NCBI GenBank assembly: GCA_031315995.1
Contig: JALDRG010000016.1
Coordinates: 5,566-69,565, forward strand
Origin: Nitrospira sp.
GTDB taxonomy: Bacteria; Nitrospirota; Nitrospiria; Nitrospirales; Nitrospiraceae
Direction of reading: 5' to 3'
DNA: 64,000 bases
A program made the translations under genes and the position numbers. This document shows, one piece after another, positions 39,369 through 48,878 of the stretch (position 1 is the first letter of the stretch; each line of letters begins with the position of its first letter). The notes beneath the pieces are model-generated. The model ran no database searches. It saw only the letters and a program-made list of their open reading frames with translations, and was not told the origin of the DNA.

Positions 39369-40193
39369 TTAGGCGGTCACCGCCGGTTTCGTGGCTCGAA
39401 TGAACGCACTCATGAATTTGTCGTCGACTTGAGTCACGAGTAGATCGCTGGAGAGGTCCGTACCGACCAGAAATTCCTTGACGTCGTCGGCGTGATAGAC
39501 CCGCGTAGGCTCGATTCCGATCTCGACAAATCCTGCCTGGCTCAGCATGTCCCGATATTCCGTCTCTTCCAGCGCCCCGGCGACACAACCAGCCCAGAGT
39601 TCGAGATTTCGGCGGATTTCCGAGGGAACCGCCCCGCGCACCACAATGTCGGACAGCGCCAGCCGGCCTCCAGGGCGCAGGACGCGAAATGCTTCCGCAA
39701 ACACGCGCTCCTTTTCGCCGGACAGATTCACGACGCAATTGCTGATGATGACATCCACTGATTCGTCGGGTAGCGGGATCTGCTCGATTTCGCCCTTCAG
39801 AAACTCCACATTCTCTACGGCGGATTGACGCTGATTCTCTTTCGCCAACGCCAACATCTCATCGGTCATATCCAGCCCATAGGCTTTCCCCGTCGGGCCG
39901 ACCCGCTTGGCGGAGAGCAACACATCGATGCCGCCGCCGGACCCCAGATCCAAGACAATCTCACCGGCATGAAGTTCAGCCAAGGCGGTGGGATTCCCAC
40001 AGCCCAGTGACGCAGCCACCGCATCGGCCGGCAACTCCTGGCGCTCCAGATCCGAATAGAGATTTGAGGTGATCGGATCGACATTCGCCAGCGCGGGGGA
40101 GGCCCCGCAGCAGGAACTGCCTCCACTCTTGGCTCGCACGGCTGCTTCCCCATACTTTTCCTTGATCAGATCTCGAATGGTGTGTGCGGACAT
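39369..40193 (-). CDS. arsM: Arsenite S-adenosylmethionine methyltransferase
   Basis: SSCCG, SLGCGNP, LDLGSGGGID, ISNCVVNL, WAGCVAGA. Confidence 0.93.
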   Translation of the reverse strand: MSAHTIRDLIKEKYGEAAVRAKSGGSSCCGASPALANVDPITSNLYSDLERQELPADAVAASLGCGNPTALAELHAGEIVLDLGSGGGIDVLLSAKRVGPTGKAYGLDMTDEMLALAKENQRQSAVENVEFLKGEIEQIPLPDESVDVIISNCVVNLSGEKERVFAEAFRVLRPGGRLALSDIVVRGAVPSEIRRNLELWAGCVAGALEETEYRDMLSQAGFVEIGIEPTRVYHADDVKEFLVGTDLSSDLLVTQVDDKFMSAFIRATKPAVTA

Positions 40194-40217
40194 TTTGGCT
40201 CCTCCCTACCTCTGCAC

Positions 40218-40233
40218 ATCAAGTTTTGTTGAT
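40218..40233. promoter_or_regulatory. Second putative ArsR operator upstream of arsM
   Basis: ATCAA-GTTTTG-TTGAT, 25 nt upstream of the arsM start. Confidence 0.65.
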
Positions 40234-40251
40234 ATATTTGACACAAAAAAA

Positions 40252-40557
40252 TCAACAGCACCCTGCGACGCGACGGGCCCTCTTTGCCTGCTTGAATGAA
40301 TCGACGAGGTCACCAAGTTCGGCCAGCGCTTCGGCGTTGACGGCATAATACATCCATCGGCCCTCTCGCCGATCTTGAATCACTCCCGCTTCCTTGAGAA
40401 CCCTGAGATGAAAGGAGAGCCTCGACTGCCCGGCCTGGAGTCGATCCATCAACTCGCAGACACAGCATTCGCCCGCTCTCAGTTCGTCCAAAATCTCCAA
40501 ACGGGTTGGGTCGGCAAGCGCATGGAACAATTCAGCCGCCCGTTCGGAATGTGTCAT
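40252..40557 (-). CDS. arsR: ArsR/SmtB family repressor
   Basis: ALADPTRLEIL, ECCVCEL, SRLSFHLRVLKEAG, C-terminal GCC. Confidence 0.93.
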   Translation of the reverse strand: MTHSERAAELFHALADPTRLEILDELRAGECCVCELMDRLQAGQSRLSFHLRVLKEAGVIQDRREGRWMYYAVNAEALAELGDLVDSFKQAKRARRVAGCC

Positions 40558-40585
40558 CCGGCTCCCCTTCATGGAAGGAAATATA

Positions 40586-40609
40586 TATCAACAATATTTG
40601 ATAAGTCAA
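40586..40609 (-). promoter_or_regulatory. ars promoter -35 box and ArsR operator
   Basis: Minus-strand TTGACT (40609-40604) directly followed by the perfect inverted repeat TATCAA-N6-TTGATA (40586-40603). Confidence 0.75.
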
Positions 40610-40696
40610 GTTTCATATCGTGGCACCTTTAAGTGTTGCTCCCAGGTCTTCACTTTGCTAAGGTGACTTGTTGGCGACGTTGCCATCCTCACTGAA

Positions 40697-41746
40697 TTGA
40701 GCCACAACATGGTTTGGGACCCCAAAGACCCTTGGAGTAAGAAGGGCGACGATTTAGATCAGGCCTTCAAGCAGGCCCAAGGTCAACTTCTCAATCTGTT
40801 ACCCACCGGCGGTTTTCGCAATCTTCTCCTGGTCGCCTTGACGGTCTTCCTCATCTGGCAGAGCGCATTTATTGTGGCTCCGGACGAAGAAGGCGTCGTC
40901 AAACGCTTCGGCATTCCTGTCAGAGTCGTCGATCCCGGTCCTCACATGAAGATTCCGATCGTCGAAAGCGTGTTACAACCGAAGGTCGCAAAGCTACACC
41001 GGGTGGAAATCGGGTTTCGGAAGGATCGTCAAGGCCGCCAGCAGATGGTGCCACAAGAAGCCTTGATGCTGACCGGCGACATGAACATTTTGGCCATTGA
41101 ATTCATCGTTCAATATAAGATCAAAAGCTCACGCGAGTACCTGTTCAATGTGGCGGACATCGACGAAACCATCGGGAAAGCAGCCGAAGCCTCGATGCGG
41201 GAAGTGATCGGCAAGAGCAAGATCGACGAAGCCCTCACCACCGGCAAAGCCCAAATTCAGAGCGACACCCAGGACCTCCTGCAACACATCCTGGACGATT
41301 ATCAGGCCGGCGTGCAGATTGCCGCGATTCAACTGCAGGATGTCGACCCGCCTGAAGCGGTGGCGGCAGCGTTCAAAGACGTGACTAATGCCAAAGAAGA
41401 TCGCGAAAAACTGATCAACCAGGCTCAGGGTTACCGTAACGATATTACCCCAAAAGCCAAGGGCGAAGCGGCCCAGCAAATCAATCAGGCAAAAGGTTAC
41501 GCACAGGCACGACTCAACCGGGCACAGGGAGAAGCGAACAGATTTTTGGCGACGTTGAAGGAATACAATCAGGCCAAGGACATTATCAGCAAACGAATTT
41601 ATATCGAGACCCTTGAAGAGGTGCTGCCGCATATCGACAAATTTGTCCTCGACGGTAAAGGCGGAGACCGTACCCTTCCATTTTTACCACTCGACCGGTT
41701 CACCAAACCGGCCCCGTCCAGTTCGGCACAGGAGCGCACGCAATGA
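40697..41746 (+). CDS. hflK: FtsH protease modulator HflK
   Basis: SPFH domain (GVVKRFG, MLTGDMN, LQDVDPP); TTG start, alternative ATG at 40709. Confidence 0.95.
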   Translation: MSHNMVWDPKDPWSKKGDDLDQAFKQAQGQLLNLLPTGGFRNLLLVALTVFLIWQSAFIVAPDEEGVVKRFGIPVRVVDPGPHMKIPIVESVLQPKVAKLHRVEIGFRKDRQGRQQMVPQEALMLTGDMNILAIEFIVQYKIKSSREYLFNVADIDETIGKAAEASMREVIGKSKIDEALTTGKAQIQSDTQDLLQHILDDYQAGVQIAAIQLQDVDPPEAVAAAFKDVTNAKEDREKLINQAQGYRNDITPKAKGEAAQQINQAKGYAQARLNRAQGEANRFLATLKEYNQAKDIISKRIYIETLEEVLPHIDKFVLDGKGGDRTLPFLPLDRFTKPAPSSSAQERTQ

Positions 41747-42603
41747 GCAAACAAGGATTTATTCTCGCCTTTGTCGGCATCATTCTCGGCCTCCTTATCT
41801 TAGGCGCGTCGCCCTTCTATATTGTCGATGTGATTCAAAATGCCATCGTGGTTCAATTGGGCAAGCCGGTCCGGAACGTGACTGAGGGCGGTCTCTACAT
41901 GAAAATACCGTTCATTGAGGAAGTCACGTACTTCGATAAGCGACTCCTGGACTATGACTCCAATGCACAGGACGTCATCACGCAGGATAAGAAAACCCTG
42001 CTCCTCGACAACTTTGCCAAATGGAGAATTACCGACCCACTGAAGGTGTATCAAGCATTCCAGAGTCAACGCGGCGCTCTTCAACGGTTGCATGACATTA
42101 TTTACTCGGAACTGCGCGTTGAATTGGGGCGGCACGACCTGGCAGAGATCGTCTCATCGACCCGGGCTCAACTCATGGCCGTGGTCACACAACGGGCGAA
42201 TGAGAAAGCGTCAGTGTACGGGATCGAAATCCAGGACGTCCGCATCAAGCGAGCCGACCTGCCTGAACAGAACGAAAAGGCCGTATTTTCAAGAATGCAA
42301 GCTGAGCGGGAGCGGCAGGCAAAGCAATACCGTGCAGAAGGCGCTGAAGAATCTCAAAAAATAAAATCCGAGGCCGAAAAAGATCGGGAAATTATTCTGG
42401 CGGAGGCCTATCGCGAGTCAGAAGAAATTCGGGGAGGCGGCGACGCAAAGGCATTCCGAATCTATGCCGATGCCTATCGTCAGGATCCCCATTTTTTTGA
42501 ATTCACCCGCACCATGGAAGCCTATCGCAAGACCCTCAAGGACAAGACGACTATTCTCGTCAGCCCCGACTCGGAATTCTTCCGGTTCTTGAAACAGCGC
42601 TAA
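41743..42603 (+). CDS. hflC: FtsH protease modulator HflC
   Basis: FDKRLLDYD, DVRIKRADLP, RMQAERER, DPHFFEF. Confidence 0.95.
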   Translation: MSKQGFILAFVGIILGLLILGASPFYIVDVIQNAIVVQLGKPVRNVTEGGLYMKIPFIEEVTYFDKRLLDYDSNAQDVITQDKKTLLLDNFAKWRITDPLKVYQAFQSQRGALQRLHDIIYSELRVELGRHDLAEIVSSTRAQLMAVVTQRANEKASVYGIEIQDVRIKRADLPEQNEKAVFSRMQAERERQAKQYRAEGAEESQKIKSEAEKDREIILAEAYRESEEIRGGGDAKAFRIYADAYRQDPHFFEFTRTMEAYRKTLKDKTTILVSPDSEFFRFLKQR

Positions 42604-42610
42604 CGCTCAG

Positions 42611-44293
42611 CTACACGAGTCCCACAATTTCTCTCGACTGAGGATCGATGTCGATTCGTTCGCCCGCAGGCTTCTTTGGCAAACCCGGCATCAACTGAAT
42701 ACCCGAGCACACGGCGGTGAGAAACTCGGCTCCGGCGAGAATCCGCAACTCCTGAATCGGCACGGTAAACCCCGATGGCCGTCCCTTCACGGCAGGATCA
42801 TGGGAAAGCGACAACGGGGTCTTCGCCATACAAATGGGAAGGTGATCGAATCCCAATCGTGTCGCAAGTTCCACGTCCCGCTCCGCCTGGGGAGCAAATG
42901 AGACGTCGCCCGCGCCATACATGGTGGTGGCGATGGTCTCAATCTTCTTCTTGATGGGCCAGGTGGCATCATATAGATGTCTGAATTGCGCGCCTTGCGC
43001 GGCGACCTTGACGACCGCTCTAGCAAGTTCCTCGGCTCCTCGGCCACCATCGGACCAATGCGTCGACACCGCAGCTGCCGACGCACCCGCAGCCAATGCG
43101 CGTTCGCACACCCAGCGCAGTTCGTCGGATGAATCATCCTTAAAGGCGTTGACCGCGACCACCACGGGCACTCCATGCTCACGCACATTGGCGATATGTT
43201 GTTCCAGATTGGCAAACCCTCGCTCCAAGGCCGCCTGATTCGGCCCCGTCACACCGAGAGGCAACGGGATCCCGGACTTCACGATTCCACCTCCACCATG
43301 AAGCTTGAGGGCCCGCAATGTCGCGACCACCACTCCGACATCAGGACGAAGGCCGGATGCGCGACACTTAATGTTGAAGAACTTTTCAGCGCCTAAATCA
43401 CTTCCGAATCCAGCCTCCGTGACCACATAGTCTGCACAGCGCAATGCCAACTGATCCGAGATAATCGAGCAATTCCCATGAGCAATGTTGCCAAACGGAC
43501 CGGTGTGAACGAACGCCGGAGTCCCTTCCAGGGTCTGCACTAAATTCGGCAATAACGCATCCTTCAGCAGGACGGCCATAGCGCCTGCGCAGCCAAACTC
43601 TTCGGCACGGGTCATCCGTCCACTCTCTGTCAGTCCGACTAAAATTCTGCCCAGTCGTCGGCGAAGATCTGCATGATCGGTCGCCAAGGCCAACACCGCC
43701 ATGATCTCCGACGCCTCGGTGATTACAAATTGCCCATGTCGCCTCCCGGTTTCCTCTCCCAAGGTAATGTTGCGAAGCGCGCGATCGCTCACACCGAGCG
43801 TACGAGGCCATCTGATTCCTTGCGGATCAACCGTGAGAGTATTTCCGTGGAAAAGATGGTTATCGACAAATGCGGAGAGGAGGTTATGGCTCGCAGAGAC
43901 AGCATGCGCATCGCCGGTGAAATGCAGATTAATATCTTCCATCGGATGGACTTGGGCGCGCCCGCCTCCGGTCCCACCCCCCTTGATTCCAAAGACAGGC
44001 CCCAAGGAAGGTTGCCTCAGCGTGACGGCGGACTGGTACCCCAAACGGCACAACCCCATGCTCAGCCCAATTGACGTTGTTGTTTTACCCTCCCCGAGTG
44101 GCGTCGGATTGATAGCCGTAACCAGGATATATCGTCCCAATGGCCTGTTCTGGATTCGCTCGCCCAACGTGGAGGCGATCTTGGCCTTATACCGGCCAAA
44201 GGGAATCAGGTCATCGGCATGAATGCCTAGAGATTGTGCGACTTCGAATATATGCTTGTGAGCGACAGAACGGGCTATTTCCAGATCAGTCAT
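42611..44293 (-). CDS. fhs: Formate--tetrahydrofolate ligase
   Basis: TPLGEGKTT, GIKGGGTGGG, HTGPFGNIAHG, TEAGFGSDLGAEKF. Confidence 0.97.
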   Translation of the reverse strand: MTDLEIARSVAHKHIFEVAQSLGIHADDLIPFGRYKAKIASTLGERIQNRPLGRYILVTAINPTPLGEGKTTTSIGLSMGLCRLGYQSAVTLRQPSLGPVFGIKGGGTGGGRAQVHPMEDINLHFTGDAHAVSASHNLLSAFVDNHLFHGNTLTVDPQGIRWPRTLGVSDRALRNITLGEETGRRHGQFVITEASEIMAVLALATDHADLRRRLGRILVGLTESGRMTRAEEFGCAGAMAVLLKDALLPNLVQTLEGTPAFVHTGPFGNIAHGNCSIISDQLALRCADYVVTEAGFGSDLGAEKFFNIKCRASGLRPDVGVVVATLRALKLHGGGGIVKSGIPLPLGVTGPNQAALERGFANLEQHIANVREHGVPVVVAVNAFKDDSSDELRWVCERALAAGASAAAVSTHWSDGGRGAEELARAVVKVAAQGAQFRHLYDATWPIKKKIETIATTMYGAGDVSFAPQAERDVELATRLGFDHLPICMAKTPLSLSHDPAVKGRPSGFTVPIQELRILAGAEFLTAVCSGIQLMPGLPKKPAGERIDIDPQSREIVGLV

Positions 44294-44493
44294 GCAATGT
44301 CCCTCCTGAAAGCTTATCTTGAGACAGGGAGGAGTTTACCTCAGCATTCGGCGCATTCAGGGGCACAAGGACCGGATCACAGGTGGCTGGAGAGGGGGGT
44401 CAGGAGACGCTAGCAGATAAAAGATTTTACACTACAGAGGATTTGGAAGGAGAGGGACAACTTTGCTCACAAGCCGGAAAGGCAGCGAGATGA

Positions 44494-45513
44494 CTAGTCC
44501 AGAATAAACTTGGTTGGATCCAGCGCCTGACCATTCTTCTTGACCATGTAATGGAGATGCGGCCCTGTCGAAAGGCCGGTGCTCCCGACGAGCGCAACGA
44601 CATCGCCGCGCTTCACTCGTTGACCTTCTTTCACCAACGGCTTGGCAAGGTGACCGTACACAGTCTCAATGCCATATCCATGGTCAAGCTTAACCATATT
44701 GCCCATTTTCGAGTCAAACGCCACAGTGACGACACGTCCAAGCGCCGGGGCCTGAACCGGGGAATTTGCCTGGGCACCGATGTCGAGACCGTCATGCCAG
44801 GCCGGCTTCTCGGTAAACGGTGACACTCGTGGTCCGAACGTCGAGGTCACCCATCCGCGCACAGGCCAAATAGACGGTGTCGACGCCCACTGAGCAGAGC
44901 GCTGCTCTGCCACTTGAGTCAGGCTTTCTAGGGCTTCTTCCTGCTGGGTTGCTTCCCGCACGAGTGCATCCAGACTTTCACGAACCTGCTGCGTCACCTC
45001 TTCGAGACTCTCCGCGGCAAAATCACCCTCTGATTGATTGGTGTCACGCGTTTCGGCAACCTGCTGGCGCTGTTCCACCCCAGGGGGGGTCGACCCAACC
45101 CTCTGCACACCGGTTTTGCCATCCGGCAATGGACCATCCTCACCGCCTCGTCCATTGGCCAGGTCACCAGTAGGCTTACTCGTATCGATTCCCAGCATGA
45201 CTCGAAGCCGTTGATTGACCTCTCCCATTGCCGAAAGACGCTTTTTCAAATCATCAATCGCAGAGGAAAAAGCTGCGGTTTGTTCACGCGCCCCCATGGC
45301 CTCAGCCCGAAACGCCGAGAGTTGCCAGACTTCTCCAGTCCGAATCACATAGTGAGAAACCACGAGTAGATCCGCCACAATCAAGATCGCAGCTAGGATC
45401 AATAGCTTCCGTACGAACTTCCGCGGGAAACTAAACCGTAGCGGCTTCGAAGACGATCCCCGAAAGACGACGACGGTGTAGGCATCACTGGTTTCGGCCG
45501 TTTGCTGGCTCAT
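44494..45513 (-). CDS. M23 family peptidase with TM and coiled coil
   Basis: TPSIWPVRG, HDGLDIG, STGPHLHY. Confidence 0.92.
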   Translation of the reverse strand: MSQQTAETSDAYTVVVFRGSSSKPLRFSFPRKFVRKLLILAAILIVADLLVVSHYVIRTGEVWQLSAFRAEAMGAREQTAAFSSAIDDLKKRLSAMGEVNQRLRVMLGIDTSKPTGDLANGRGGEDGPLPDGKTGVQRVGSTPPGVEQRQQVAETRDTNQSEGDFAAESLEEVTQQVRESLDALVREATQQEEALESLTQVAEQRSAQWASTPSIWPVRGWVTSTFGPRVSPFTEKPAWHDGLDIGAQANSPVQAPALGRVVTVAFDSKMGNMVKLDHGYGIETVYGHLAKPLVKEGQRVKRGDVVALVGSTGLSTGPHLHYMVKKNGQALDPTKFILD

Positions 45514-45631
45514 AGGACGCTCTCCCCTTCACGAATTCATCTAAGAATTCAGGCCACACACTTTTGCAGTGTACTGATCTCTGGCACGATGGTCAACCCT
45601 TTGTTTTCAAAAATTACATTATTAGAATCAA

Positions 45632-45961
45632 TTACTTATGAGTTTCAGCCTTAATCCATTCCAGATACGAGGACGAGCCCGCAATAACCGGCAATGCGAT
45701 AATCTCAGGGGTCGTATAACTATGGTGTCGTCGAATGACTGTTTCGAGCTCTGAGTATCGTTCTAAGGTTGTCTTGATGACCATCAGGCATTCAGTTTCG
45801 ACATTGATTTTATTGTCCCACCGAAAAATCGACCGAATACCTTCTAGGACGTTCGCGCAGGCAGCAAGTCTCGACTCAACAATGATCCGTCCGATTTTCT
45901 CCGCCTCATCGGTCGTGGCAGTAGTCACTAACACCACCACCTCAGAACCTTTCGCGTCCAC
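45632..45961 (-). CDS. cutA: Divalent-cation tolerance protein CutA
   Basis: LAACAN, SIFRW, HHSYTTPEII. Confidence 0.92.
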   Translation of the reverse strand: MDAKGSEVVVLVTTATTDEAEKIGRIIVESRLAACANVLEGIRSIFRWDNKINVETECLMVIKTTLERYSELETVIRRHHSYTTPEIIALPVIAGSSSYLEWIKAETHK

Positions 45962-46270
45962 GTCTCCCCCCTAAGCCTAAGCAAATTGCGTGCCTTCACT
46001 AGACCCCAAACGTCGACTCTGCTCTATCTATCAATATCTTACGAATCATTTCGCCCTTCTCATCGTACAGCGCCCAGTCAATACACTAGGCAGAATTCGC
46101 ACATTTCGACAAAAAACGCCCATCACCAGATCTGCAATCTGCCCACCACTTGTCAGGAGGCTCCGCCAATCTCTCACTCTTCTCTCACTCTTTCATCCAT
46201 TTACCTTTCGGCTTGGGAGCCATCAGGCTTGAGAACCTCCCGTACAACCTAACTGAGCCCTGCGCCAGAG

Positions 46271-46299
46271 TTGACACCCCTTTTCTGGCTCCTTATGAT
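46271..46299 (+). promoter_or_regulatory. Sigma70 promoter of the rhodanese gene
   Basis: TTGACA-N17-TATGAT, followed by a GGAGG RBS. Confidence 0.7.
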
Positions 46300-46325
46300 C
46301 CAACCCTATTGATGGAGGTGCACTG

Positions 46326-46646
46326 ATGAGTTTTACGATTACCCCTACAGATCTTAAGTCGAGGCTGGATAAAGGCGACAAACTTGTACTCGTGGATGTT
46401 CGGGAGCCGTGGGAGTATGCCATCGCCAAGCTGGAGGGTTCCATACTGGTCCCACTGGCGACCCTGCAGCAAGCCATTGGCAAACTAGACCGTAACGCCG
46501 AAATCATCGCCGTGTGTCACCACGGGATGCGAAGCGCGGATGCGACGGGATTTCTTTTGCAGCAAGGCTTCGGAAACGTGAAAAATCTGATCGGGGGCAT
46601 TGATGCCTGGTCTACTCAAGTAGACTCCTCCGTGCCGCGCTATTAG
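46326..46646 (+). CDS. Single-domain rhodanese / sulfurtransferase
   Basis: LVDVREPWEY, CHHGMRS, GGIDAW. Confidence 0.92.
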   Translation: MSFTITPTDLKSRLDKGDKLVLVDVREPWEYAIAKLEGSILVPLATLQQAIGKLDRNAEIIAVCHHGMRSADATGFLLQQGFGNVKNLIGGIDAWSTQVDSSVPRY

Positions 46647-46655
46647 ATCAGACGG

Positions 46656-47579
46656 CTATCCGAGCCCGTCGCGAAAATACTCGACCGTTCGCCGCAGCCC
46701 CTCTCGCAGATCGACCTTCGGTTCCCACCCAAGGTCTCTGTGCAGCTTTGTGGAGTCAATGACGCTCCTGGCTTGCTCACCTCGCTTGGCCGGGCCATGT
46801 ACTTCCTTGAAATCGACTTTGGTCAACTCGACGACGATTTTGAAGAGGTCGTTCACCGACGTCTCGATCCCCGTACCCACGTTATATACACCTTCCACCG
46901 CCGGCCCCATCGCCATTAAATTTGACTCAACGACGTCTTCGACGAACACGAAATCGCGAGTCTGACGGCCATTACCGTTCACCACCGCCTGCTCCCCTCG
47001 CAGCATCTTTTGAATGAAAATGGCGACGACTCCCGCCTCCCCTTCCGGATCCTGCCGTGGCCCATAGACATTCGCGTATCGGAGACTCACTACCTGAATA
47101 CCGCTCAACCGATGGTAATAGGACAGGTAATGCTCCCCGCACAACTTGCTGATGCCATACGGGGACAATGGCTGAGTGATGTGCGTTTCCGGTGCGGGAA
47201 ACGCCAGTTGCTCCCCATAAATCGCCCCGCCGGATGATGAAAAGATGACCTTCCTCGCCCCATGTTTGGAGGCTTGCTCCAACACATTCAGTGTCCCCAG
47301 CACATTGACCTGCGCATCGAACATCGGATCTTCGACTGAACGCCGCACGTTCATCTGTGCGGCCAAATGGAACACAACCGACGGCCGTTCGTTACGGAAA
47401 ATCCGCTCCAACTTGGGGTTTTCGATATCCAGCTTGTAGAATTGCACAGCCTTGGGAACGTTTTTCCGCTTCCCCGTGACAAGATTATCGACCACCACAA
47501 CATCGTGCCCCTCTTGAAGCAAACGATCTACGACATGTGACCCGATAAACCCTGCCCCTCCGGTGACCAAGACTTTCAT
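46656..47579 (-). CDS. NAD-dependent epimerase/dehydratase (UDP-glucose 4-epimerase-like)
   Basis: VTGGAGFIGS, YGISK, RYANVYGPRQ; start re-called at MKVLV. Confidence 0.93.
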   Translation of the reverse strand: MKVLVTGGAGFIGSHVVDRLLQEGHDVVVVDNLVTGKRKNVPKAVQFYKLDIENPKLERIFRNERPSVVFHLAAQMNVRRSVEDPMFDAQVNVLGTLNVLEQASKHGARKVIFSSSGGAIYGEQLAFPAPETHITQPLSPYGISKLCGEHYLSYYHRLSGIQVVSLRYANVYGPRQDPEGEAGVVAIFIQKMLRGEQAVVNGNGRQTRDFVFVEDVVESNLMAMGPAVEGVYNVGTGIETSVNDLFKIVVELTKVDFKEVHGPAKRGEQARSVIDSTKLHRDLGWEPKVDLREGLRRTVEYFRDGLG

Positions 47580-47749
47580 ACGTCTCCCCGCCTCTCCTTC
47601 GTCCACAGACCTGTCGGTTTCCCGATCACACAATTGAGGGTCAGCCTACACCTTCTCCAGTCTTCCGCAAAGTATTTTCGACTTGCCCTTGTGAGTGAGA
47701 GCCCGACCAGAACTCCAACTCAGCGCCCACGAATTCTCTCCAGAAACCA

Positions 47750-48505
47750 TCATGCCCGGCGCCGAAACCACGCCAGGATTTCACGATTTCCCTTACGCCC
47801 CTCAATCGGCGACTCCATTCGACCCGCCAACTCCAGCTCAAGCTGATCGGCGCAGGCCACCACTTTTTCGGCCGCTGCCTCACGCAACCCGTCATCCCGA
47901 ACAATTCCCCCTCGTCCGACAAGGCCTTTTCCCACTTCGAACTGCGGCTTGATCAACGCGATCACACATCCGAGCGCACTGAGGTAGGACACGACACAGG
48001 GCAGCACGAGGTTCAGTGAAATAAACGACACGTCGATGACAATCAGGTTGATCGGTTCCCGGATCATACTCGGATCAAGATACCGAATGTTGGTCCGCTC
48101 CATGAGCACCACCCGCGGATCCTGCCGCAGCCGCCACTCAAACTGGCCATACCCCACATCTACCGCATACACACGCGCGGCGCCGCGCTGCAACAGACAA
48201 TCGGTAAACCCTCCGGTTGAACAGCCGACGTCGAAGCAGATCATCCCCTTCGGATCGACTTGAAATTGATCGAGGGCGCCGGCCAATTTCTCTCCCCCGC
48301 GACCGACATAGGGCGACCCGGGCCCAGTCAACTCCACCTTCGCATCCGACGGCGTCGGCTTCGCCGCTTTATCGATCATTACCCCATCGACACGGACAAG
48401 GCCGGCCAGGATGAGACGCGCCGCGTCTTCGCGACTGGCGACCAGCCCTCGGCTGACCAGCGCACGGTCGAGTCGTTCCCGCTCTGGGCGCAGCTTGTGG
48501 CTCAT
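47750..48505 (-). CDS. tlyA: TlyA family RNA methyltransferase (S4 + FtsJ)
   Basis: RLDRALV, YVGRGGEKL, DVGCSTGGFTD, DVSFISL, LIKPQFE. Confidence 0.95.
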   Translation of the reverse strand: MSHKLRPERERLDRALVSRGLVASREDAARLILAGLVRVDGVMIDKAAKPTPSDAKVELTGPGSPYVGRGGEKLAGALDQFQVDPKGMICFDVGCSTGGFTDCLLQRGAARVYAVDVGYGQFEWRLRQDPRVVLMERTNIRYLDPSMIREPINLIVIDVSFISLNLVLPCVVSYLSALGCVIALIKPQFEVGKGLVGRGGIVRDDGLREAAAEKVVACADQLELELAGRMESPIEGRKGNREILAWFRRRA

Positions 48506-48572
48506 ATTCTGTGATGGTAGCTCAACCGCGAAAGACACGGGAGCCTGGCAGGCCTGCGCATTGATCAGACTG

Positions 48573-48821
48573 TTACTGAGGGCGCTCCGACTCAATCTCA
48601 TCGGGAGAAAAGGCTTGAATCCGTTTCTTGCCGTCCTTCTCCTGCACCAAAATTTCAACCTTCCGCTCGGCATCCTCCAGCATTTTTAGACAGGTCTTGG
48701 ACAATCGGATTCCTTCCTCGAAGATCTTGAGCGAGTCATCAAGAGGAAGATCGCCCTTTTCAAGCTCGGCGACAATGGTTTCCAATCTGGCCATGGCATA
48801 TTCAAACTTCACAGCAGCCAC
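48573..48821 (-). CDS. xseB: Exodeoxyribonuclease VII small subunit
   Basis: FEYAMARLETIV...LEKGDLPLDDSLKIFEEG. Confidence 0.95.
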   Translation of the reverse strand: MAAVKFEYAMARLETIVAELEKGDLPLDDSLKIFEEGIRLSKTCLKMLEDAERKVEILVQEKDGKKRIQAFSPDEIESERPQ

Positions 48822-48878
48822 AACAACTCCCTTGCTCATTCATCAATCGCAACATTATTGCCTGCCCCATCAGTGAGG

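Noticed and set aside
45962-46325. Small ORFs or an RNA gene between cutA and the rhodanese gene
   Set aside because: No RBS or motif support; the region is explained by divergent promoters.
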